This document shows, in pieces, positions 52,134 to 61,000 of a stretch of 61,000 nucleotides of DNA. Source of the stretch: Octopus bimaculoides. Lineage: Eukaryota. Within the stretch, counting starts at the first letter, position 1. Each line of letters starts with the position of its first letter. A program made the translations under genes and the position numbers. The stretch is taken from positions 65,511,041 through 65,572,040 of the forward strand of contig NC_068988.1 of the NCBI RefSeq assembly GCF_001194135.2, in the 5' to 3' direction. The notes below the pieces were generated by a model. It saw only the letters and a program-made list of their open reading frames with translations, was not told the DNA's origin and did no database searches.

Positions 52134-52557
52134 AAGAGACAGAGAGAAAGATTACAGAAAAATTAAATGAGACAAATAAACGAAGATCTGCCGTTCTGTA
52201 TTCACACTAACAATCCTGCTTAACTGAAGTTAACTACTACTACAACATCAAATCTCTCTAATCCTCTTAGCTGACTCATCACTGAGTTGCTCCAACGAGA
52301 GCTCAAATACGGGATCCTTTTGTTCATATATTATTCAGGCTTATCCGTGCAAATATTTGTTAAAGACTCGTTGCAATATAGCAATGTTGAGTCAAGTCAT
52401 ATAAAGATTGATGCATATACATAATAAAAGCTACCCAGTCAAAATATAAATTCATCTAAGCGTGTTATCTAATCTCTGAGAATGCACAATGACTTCACAG
52501 GCAGTAGGTACACTATATGTGCACACGTACACACACAGACACACAGACACACAGACA

Positions 52558-52626
<69 letters not shown>

Positions 52627-52829
52627 GTATTTATAAATATATATGTTACATATGTATATATAAGTACTTATAAATACATTTGTTATATATATATATATAT
52701 ATTTATGAATATATGTTATATATAAATATATGTGTTTATAAATATATGTTATATATAAATATATATATATACATGTATTTATAAATATATGTTATATATA
52801 TATATATATATATATATATGAATAGAAGC

Positions 52830-52965
52830 GGTATCAGTCAGAAGGAAACGTCCATTTGCTGTTCTCACTGGAGCTATTGAAGAAGATTTTGGGCCATATA
52901 ACTCCTTAACATTAGAGTACGAACCCTTGGCGTCATTTCTATCAGCTGCTTCCTGTGCCCCTTTT
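52830..52965 (-). mobile_element. RTE-clade LINE internal fragment (EN-RT linker)
   Basis: AQEAADRNDAKGSYSNVKELYGPKSSSIAPVRTANGRFLLTD matches RTE .Q.AAD..D.K.FY..LK.VYGP......P..S.DG..LLTD. Confidence 0.8.
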
Positions 52966-53731
52966 GTGTGTGTGTGTGACACTTATTCGGTAGCCATGAT
53001 AAAACTCCGAGTTTCGGATGCCGGGGTGGGAACCCACGTCAACATCTCTTCAGTTATCAGGCCATTGAAAATTCCTGTGAAAAATGACCGTTAAACAAAG
53101 GGAAATTACTGTGTGATCGACCGTTATTAAGACAAAAGAGCTATGGACCGCTAATAAAGGGGAGGGAGTAAAGTAAGGGAGTAGAAAAGTCTATAGTGTT
53201 CGCGTAAGCGCACCAATCCGTACATTCGCCCTTCCTCTTAATAACAGAATCAATGACACAGGCGATAGCAGGCCAAAAATAGCATTAAATAGCCGAGGGA
53301 TTAAAATTAATCAAAGGACATACTAAGTATGTCAACTTGCTTGAAATAACAGTCAAAACTCTTGTTAAATCGCCAAGAATACACTGATGATNNNNNNNNN
53401 NTATCAGCCAAATCTCTCCGACCACACCATACCTTGTTTAAAAAAATAAATGAATATTGGATTACGTAGTGTAAGACGAACTATATCTGATTAAAGACTT
53501 GGGAGGCCACAGTTTCAAATCATTGATCACAAGTCTATTTGAATAGAGGTGAACGTTAGCAGCATCGGCGACAACAAATAATTATAACGAATCACAGACA
53601 AGTAAAGGATCACAAGATATCTTAAATATAACTTAGAGAGAAACATATCGGCTGGTTTAATGTTTAGACACTATGTAATGGAATTGAGCTGTTCTAGTCT
53701 CATAACTAACTCTAAATGTCCAAATATACAG

Positions 53732-53781
<50 letters not shown>

Positions 53782-54289
53782 GATAATACTGGTAGCAACA
53801 ACAACAACAACAACAACAACATCAACATTATATTTGTATACCGTATTTCACATATCACTATTTAATTGATTGCCGTATCATTTCTAAACCGTTTGGAAAC
53901 TATTTCCTGATATTTTGGTGTGAGGCCAAGCTTCTGTCACTATTTCAATACAGTTATGTTGATGTCGTTTATCAAAGATAAAATTGTTTTGAAAATATCG
54001 CTTTTCTGACTGTCTGTCTTTCCTCATTTCCGATACGTAGACTTATAAAGAGAGACATACTGGCAAAATACACAGAAGTACGCGCATATGATTATAGACG
54101 TGTGTGTGTGTGTACACAAGTACGCACATATGATTATAGACTTATGTCTGTGTGCGTGTGCGTGTGTGCGTGTGCATGTGTGCGCCAGTATACATGTGCG
54201 TCAGAAAGCCACTACAACATAAGTTGAGGTTAAAGTAGTGAAAACAAAAGAAATCGAGTCTATTCTTTTAATATTATGTATAATTACTT

Positions 54290-54522
54290 CTTATTTCTAT
54301 ATTGCACACAAGGGGCTAAACATAGAGAGGATAAACAAGGACAGACAAAAGGATTAAGTCGATTACATCGACCCCAGTACGTAACTGGTACTACTTTATC
54401 GACCCCGAAAGGATGAAAGGCAAAGTCGACCTCGGCGGAATTTGAACCCAGAACGTAACGGCAGACGAAATACCGCTAAGCATTTCGCCCGGCGTGCTAA
54501 CGTTTCTACCAGACTACCACCT
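54290..54522 (-). mobile_element. SINE family 2, tail type shared with 3212-3447
   Basis: ttatttctatattgcacacaaggggctaaacatagagagg...gtcgattacatcgaccccagt...gcccggcgtgctaacgtttct. Confidence 0.9.
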
Positions 54523-54574
54523 TATTATAATTACTTCTGTTGACTGGATGCAGCTACATAATGGAAGTGAGTGA

Positions 54575-54668
<94 letters not shown>

Positions 54669-54866
54669 TTAATTCGTGAGATTTATGGTTGCGAACAAAG
54701 AACATTTAAAGGAACTAAGCTCAGTTTGAGAAGTAGTCAAAGAAATTCTGAGATTTATATTTATTCCGAAAGAAAGGTGTGTGTGTATATGCATATATGT
54801 GTGTATACATATATGTGTGCCGTTGGCGATTTCTTATCCTTCTTTGGACTTTTCTCTTTCACATTT

Positions 54867-54893
54867 CCGACGAAGAGCTATGCTCGAAACGTC
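54867..54893 (+). ncRNA. Minimal type I hammerhead-like motif in a PLE-type repeat (~54820-54960)
   Basis: UUU-CCGACGA-A-GAGC(UAU)GCUC-GAAAC-GUC-AAA; helix III is the loopless palindrome ACGU (dimer-type). Confidence 0.6.
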
Positions 54894-55180
54894 AAACTCT
54901 CTCCCTTCACCGAGCGACAAGCTAATACATTTCTTATGCACGTCCCCATGTTCTCCGTTTTTATTTCTTTATTTGAATTGATAATATACATATATAAAAA
55001 ATGTAATTAAAGATATGTATTTGTGTGTATGTGTCTATTGTTACCTAACAATCCGTTGTATTCCTAGCGCGAAACAATAGGTAAGATCAATCGTGATGGA
55101 TGTATAATACTGTATTTATATGCATATATATATGAATGTATATGTATATATATGAATATATATCTCCATATTTGTATATA

Positions 55181-55244
<64 letters not shown>

Positions 55245-55410
55245 TATGCATATATATATGTATGTATAGGTATATATATGTATATGTGTATATATATGTA
55301 TATCTATATGTCTATATACATATATGTATATATATGTATATAAATATGCATATGTACATATATATGTATATATGTATATATGTATATATATGCATATGTA
55401 CAAATATATG

Positions 55411-55463
<53 letters not shown>

Positions 55464-55816
55464 GTGTGTGTGTGTGTGTGTGTGGTGTGTGTGTGTGTGT
55501 GTGTTTGTGTATGTACAAGGACTTTCTGGACTTTGGCTAATGAGTAAATCGATTTCGAATGATCAGTGTATCTTGTTTTTGTCCTGTTTGTCGTTTGTCG
55601 TGCTATCGCCTATTTTCCTTTTGCTGTATAGCCGAAAGGCGTTTGTTCATTGTGTATGTATAATTCATTTTCTATTGTACTTGCATTATTATTTCATAAC
55701 GTTACGTTATTCCGATAGTCAAAATACCCTTTCGTTATTTATATATTTGCATTTCTGTATGTACAAAATTTTCCCCCCTCTGTTGTATAGCCAAAAGGTG
55801 TTTTTACATTATTTAC

Positions 55817-56030
55817 ATTATTTACATTATTTACATTCGACGGATATTTGTCCTCATCTTGTTTGTTGTTGACACAACGTTTCGGCTAATATACCCTCCA
55901 GCCTTCATCAGGTTTCTTGGGGAAACTTCGAACCTGGCTTCTCATTCCTAAAGTATATCAGCCGAAACGTTGTGTTAGCAACAAACAAGATGAGGACAAA
56001 TATCCGTCGAAAGTAAATAATGTAAATAAT
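55817..56030. mobile_element. Inverted PLE terminal-repeat structure (78-bp arms, 4 mismatches, 58-nt spacer)
   Basis: 55817-55894 is the reverse complement of 55953-56030. Confidence 0.85.
55871..55916 (-). ncRNA. Minimal type I hammerhead motif with canonical core
   Basis: Minus strand: GAAAC-CUGAUGA-A-GGCU(GGAGGGUAUAUU)AGCC-GAAAC-GUU-GUGUC; helix I GAAAC/GUGUC has one mismatch; helix III is palindromic AACGUU. Confidence 0.7.
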
Positions 56031-56762
56031 ATACATAATTCCTCATCTCTTAAATATAGAACTCCAACAGGCGTTTTGTTGTACGTGTATAATTCCAGCG
56101 TTCTCGTTTTTGTTTTTGTTCATGTTTTCGTTCTTGTATACGCTCGCTTGCCTTTCCCAGAGGCTTAATGCATTTGGCACCCGCTGGGTTCGAGTAGTCT
56201 CGGAGATAATGGGGCGAAACTACAAGGACTTTCTGGACTTCGACTGATGAAGAAACCGGCTGCGAATGATCTGTGCATCTTGTTTTTGTCCAGTTTGCCG
56301 TTTGACGTGTTATCGTCTATTTTTCCGCATGTTACGTTTTGTTAGTTTCCGTTTGCTGTGTTCTATCTGTCCTACATTTTGTATATACATGTNNNNNNNN
56401 NNNNNNNNNNNNNNNNNNNNNNNNNNNNNNNNNNNNNNNNNNNNNNNNNNNNNNNNNNNNNNNNNNNNNNNNNNNNNNNNNNNNNNNNNNNNNNNNNNNN
56501 NNNNNNNNNNNNNNNNNNNNNNNNNNNNNNNNNNNNNNNNNNNNNNNNNNNNNNNNNNNNNNNNNNNNNNNNNNNNNNNNNNNNNNNNNNNNNNNNNNNN
56601 NNNNNNNNNNNNNNNNNNNNNNNNNNNNNNNNNNNNNNNNNNNNNNNNNNNNNNNNNNNNNNNNNNNNNNNNNNNNNNNNNNNNNNNNNNNNNNNNNNNN
56701 NNNNNNNNNNNNNNNNNNNNNNNNNNNNNNNNNNNNNNNNNNNNNNNNNNNNNNNNNNNNNN

Positions 56763-56815
<53 letters not shown>

Positions 56816-56859
56816 GTATATATATGTATATATATGTATATGTATATGTATATATTCCA

Positions 56860-57420
56860 TTTTATTTTATCTAGTTTCAGCTCATGAGCTGTGGCCATGC
56901 TTGGGCACCACCATTTGGTGTTGCTACACAATTTTACTTCACGAATTTTATTTCAGGAATTGACATTTGGTGCATGAGAGAGTTTGTTGCAGCTGCTCGC
57001 ATCTGCACTTCCTGTCGTGAAGTTGGTTCATCTGGGACACCTGACAGGAAGAGGTCCGGCCTCATCTTGAAGACACCTACATCCACTGCATGCAGGTCTC
57101 TCAGGTCCTTCGGGAGGATATTGAAGAGCTGTGGACCTCTGAAGCCCAGGCTTTTGCAGTATCTTGTCCTACATCTTGATGGTAAATTTGGTGTCCTTGG
57201 CACTATGCAATGGCGTCCAGTTCTTTTATTTGTGTAACTTTCGATGCCAAAGTTTGGGACAATTCCTTCGAGGATCTTCCAGATGTATATTATGGCATAT
57301 CTTTCTCGTCTACGCTCTAAGTAATAGAGTCTTAATCTCTTGAGTCTTTCCCAATGGCTTATATGCTTCATAGAGGCTATCTTCTTCGCGTAGCTTCGTT
57401 GGATTGCCTCAAGTTCTGAG
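56860..57420 (-). mobile_element. CR1/L2-like LINE 3' end (ORF2 C-terminus 57420-56934 and 3' UTR)
   Basis: ELEAIQRSYAKKIASMKHISHWERLKRLRLYYLERRRERYAIIYIWKILEG...FRGPQLFNILP matches the LE.VQR.....I......Y.ERL..L.L..LE.RR.R.D.I..KIL...R....WN.LP pattern. Confidence 0.9.
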
Positions 57421-57868
57421 ATTATATATGTATACATATATGTTTATATACATGTTTATGTTTATGTATGTATATATATATATATATATNNNNNNNNNNN
57501 NNNNNNNNNNNNNNNNNNNNNNNNNNNNNNNNNNNNNNNNNNNNNNNNNNNNNNNNNNNNNNNNNNNNNNNNNNNNNNNNNNNNNNNNNNNNNNNNNNNN
57601 NNNNNNNNNNNNNNNNNNNNNNNNNNNNNNNNNNNNNNNNNNNNNNNNNNNNNNNNNNNNNNNNNNNNNNNNNNNNNNNNNNNNNNNNNNNNNNNNNNNN
57701 NNNNNNNNNNNNNNNNNNNNNNNNNNNNNNNNNNNNNNNNNNNNNNNNNNNNNNNNNNNNNNNNNNNNNNNNNNNNNNNNNNNNNNNNNNNNNNNNNNNN
57801 NNNNNNNNNNNNNNNNNNNNNNNNNNNNNNNNNNNNNNNNNNNNNNNNNNNNNNNNNNNNNNNNNNNN

Positions 57869-57914
<46 letters not shown>

Positions 57915-57924
57915 CATACATATA

Positions 57925-58779
57925 TACAGGATGCGATTGGTATTTTATCACCATTCTAATCTTAAATTTCGCGCAAGCGCATTATTTGTTTTTGATTGTG
58001 TCGACTACACAGTACACCATTTGTGAGAAAAACAACACCATGACGCAATTCACTGCTCCTAGAATTTGGAAACGACATGGTGTACTGCTTGGCATTTGCG
58101 CCGGAAGCTCCAATACGAATAGATGGTGAACACAAAGTTACGAAGCTTTTGAACAAACTCAAGCACTCCCTCCAGCCGAACATGTTTTGGTTTTTCTCAA
58201 ACGAGAAATATTCCTGCCAGGACCAGATGGTGAACACACAGAACAATCGTTGGCTTGCCGTGTCCTCAAAACATGTAACGAGAGTGATATAAATCAAACA
58301 TCCAGTCAACATCATGGTGTTTGGAGTGATCACTGATGATAACGACGCTATGTCACCATTAATCTTCACACACTGCCTCACACTCAACACGGAGGCTAAC
58401 ATCAAGTGCCTGGAGGAGTTAGTGCTACCCTGGGTCAAGAGGGTGGCTGTTGGAAGATCCTATGTCTGGTAAAATGACTCTGTACCATGCCACACAAGCA
58501 GGAGAACTCAGTCATGGCTGTTAGACAATTTCTGCGACTACATCAATCCTAACATCTGACCACCTAACTCCCCAGACTGCAACCTACTTGATTATTATGT
58601 GTCGGGCGCAGTTGATCAAGAGACCCGCAAAACTCCTTGTAACATCAAAGATGAACTGAAGGCAAGGATTATGGCAGCGTTCACCAACTTAAACATGGAG
58701 ACCGTCCAGGAAAGCTATAGGAGATTCCAAAGTTGTCCGATGGCCGTGGTTGAAGCCAATGGCGATTTTATTGGATAAA
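57925..58779 (+). pseudogene. Tc1/mariner DD37D (maT/Bmmar1-like) transposase pseudogene, internally deleted
   Basis: FFSNEK (first D mutated), HPVNIMVFGVIT, VW*NDSVPCHTSRRTQSWL...*PPNSPDCNLLDYYV with 37 residues between the second and third D, ending VVEANGDFIG*; several in-frame stops. Confidence 0.9.
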
Positions 58780-58985
58780 TTTTGTCATTAGTATCTCAAA
58801 TAATTTTTATGCAATTTTGATAAATATAACCGTTAACATGCTTTTATGTCTTCATTTTGTTTTAAATATAATGAATTTCTTTGTGCATCTTTCATTGAAA
58901 TCCTTCCCTGTAGATATTCTCACTTGTAGTAATTAACCAAACTAATTTAGTTAAATTAAATTATATTTGGTTAATTTTTATGCTG

Positions 58986-59069
58986 CAGGTCTGGTCTTGT
59001 AGGTCTGGTCTTGTAGGTCTAGTCTTGTAGGTCTGGTCTTGTAGGTCTGGTCTTGTAGGTCTGGTCTTG
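58986..59069. repeat. Six copies of a 14-bp unit (taggtctggtcttg)
   Basis: Directly visible; only two variant bases. Confidence 0.97.
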
Positions 59070-59377
59070 TCAATGGTAATAAACTTTTATTAATCTTATC
59101 TCCATCTTCTCTCTTGTTTTGTATAATATTAATAATACCACATATGTATGTACTTGCTTTGTTAGATATTCAACCAGTCTAATGTTAGATATTCTTAAAC
59201 CCCCGAGGATTATATCCTCATTTGTAACTTGATAATATATATATTGTGCCACAAGAATATATATATATATATATANNNNNNNNNNNNNNNNNNNNNNNNN
59301 NNNNNNNNNNNNNNNNNNNNNNNNNNNNNNNNNNNNNNNNNNNNNNNNNNNNNNNNNTGTGTGTGTGTGTGTGTATG

Positions 59378-59660
59378 TGTGTGTGTGTGTGTGCGTGTGT
59401 GTGTGTGTGTGTATGTTCGTGTGTGTGTATGTGTCTGTATGTGTGTTTGTGTGCGTGTGTGTGAGTGTGTGTTTGTGATTGTCACCCACTACTGCTTGAC
59501 AGCCAGTGCTGGTTTGTTTGCGTCCCTGTAGCCTATATGTTCGACAAATGAAAACGACGGAATAAGTACAAGGCTCAAAACAATGTGCCGTAGTCAATGT
59601 GTTCGGTTAAATCGTGCCCCAGCATGGCCGCAGTCCAATAACTGAAATAAATAAAAGGAA
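59378..59660 (+). mobile_element. SINE family 3, 3' half
   Basis: (TG)n, then cccactactgcttgacagcc...gtgccccagcatggccgcagtccaatactgaaataaataaaa. Confidence 0.75.
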
Positions 59661-60908
59661 AAAGAAAACTTAAAAACCAACTTTCAACTTCAACTTACAA
59701 GTTTTAGATCTTTTTAATTGTTAATCGATTTAACTGAATTATTTCCAACCAAATGTCTTTAATTTGGATCTATGAACAATAACCTTATGGTTGTCATATT
59801 TTCCCAAATACAACCAGAAGCGAAATATTTCTTGAATTAAATTTAGATAAAATTATCATAATTCAATATTTTCTTGTTCCTTTCTCTTTATTATTTGTTT
59901 ATAATCGACATTTTCTTTTTTTGCAATTTTTAGTGATATTAAAACTATATATGCGGAAATCATACCTAAATAAAGAATTTATGCAAATAAGTTTATGATG
60001 GAAATACGTACACTGAATTTCTGTCTATAATTACATTTATAAATTACATCAAATTGACTTTATAGTTTAAGTGTATTGACTGTTATTTTTGTCAGGATGT
60101 TGTTGTTATTATTGTTGATCGTAGTGGTGGTGAGGTTTGTAACGTCGTCTTTAGTGCTGTTTAGCTCCAAGTTAGCGCTGATTGCACAGACGATGTTTCT
60201 GTATATTAAAAGCTTTATTATCCAAAATATATTGCCGTCTTTTCTAAAAATGGTGCAGAATGAACTGAGGAATACCTGGATTCTGGGATAGAAATGAGTT
60301 TTAAGAATTGCGAGTTTGTTAGAGGATCGTGAGGAAGAGGATGATGTTTAAACATTATGAACCAACATGTAAGCTGAAAAGTATAGTTATATTGTTTCCT
60401 GAATGCCTACCATTTCCACACTAATTTGACTGCAATTTCTAGAAGGACCTGTGATCGAGGTGAGGCTTTACTCGTTCTCCGAGAATGCGTTTGGTTTCTT
60501 TATTGAGAAGTACGGCAAATTATCATATTTCAACTTCATCTTAATTTATGATGAATTCAATAATGTTATCCTTGCACCCTCCCACTAAATCTAATCAAAA
60601 TCGAATCAAGTGATAGTCTGTATGCTCGGTTGACAGTTCATTGTCCCTAAAATTTCGATATACCATCTGAAAAAAATGTAAGAGATATCAAATATGCTAG
60701 TACGCTAGGATATATTTAATGTCGCCTTTGTTTTTGTACATAAACAAAGCGGAGCAGTTGTCAAGCGGAGGTAAAAGACAAGCGCAAAAAATACGCTGTT
60801 GATGTTGTTTTTGAAATTCCAATGAGGAGCCTTGGATCTAGATTAGAAACCAACTCTTTCTCTATTGGCAAGAAATCTTGAAATAAAATTGAATAATGAC
60901 ATACAAAC

Positions 60909-60939
<31 letters not shown>

Positions 60940-61000
60940 TGTATGTATGTATGTATGTAGGTATGTTTATATGTATATAAATGTGTGTGTATGTATGCAT

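Noticed and set aside
53084-53153. Three GACCG(T/C)TA words (Myb-like)
   Set aside because: Short motifs with irregular spacing (33 and 27 bp); not enough to call.

Overview
AT-rich, microsatellite-dense animal genomic DNA from a gapped draft assembly; about two dozen N-runs, mostly flanked by (TA)n/(CA)n. The SINE families and repeat landscape resemble an octopus/cephalopod genome (inference, not verified). No host protein-coding gene can be called with confidence, and nearly all long ORFs in the track are microsatellite or N-gap artefacts. The recognisable content is transposable-element debris: four tRNA-derived SINE families (over 30 copies); R4/Dong-like RLE LINE 3' ends in (AAT)n tracts; RTE and CR1/L2-like LINE fragments; Penelope-like element (PLE) remnants; a TIR-bounded Tc1 (DD34E) pseudogene; a DD37D (maT) pseudogene; a mariner 5' fragment; a Helitron helicase remnant; three MITEs; and a probable solo LTR. 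The most interesting signals are (i) several hammerhead-ribozyme-like motifs in PLE-type repeats, including atypical variants (tandem pair with inserted/extended helix II; a helix-II-less pair with covariation), (ii) a LINE-SINE shared 3' stem-loop with compensatory changes, and (iii) an (AAT)n-anchored retroelement hotspot with recurrent same-site insertion. All alignments and folds were done by eye, so boundaries are approximate.
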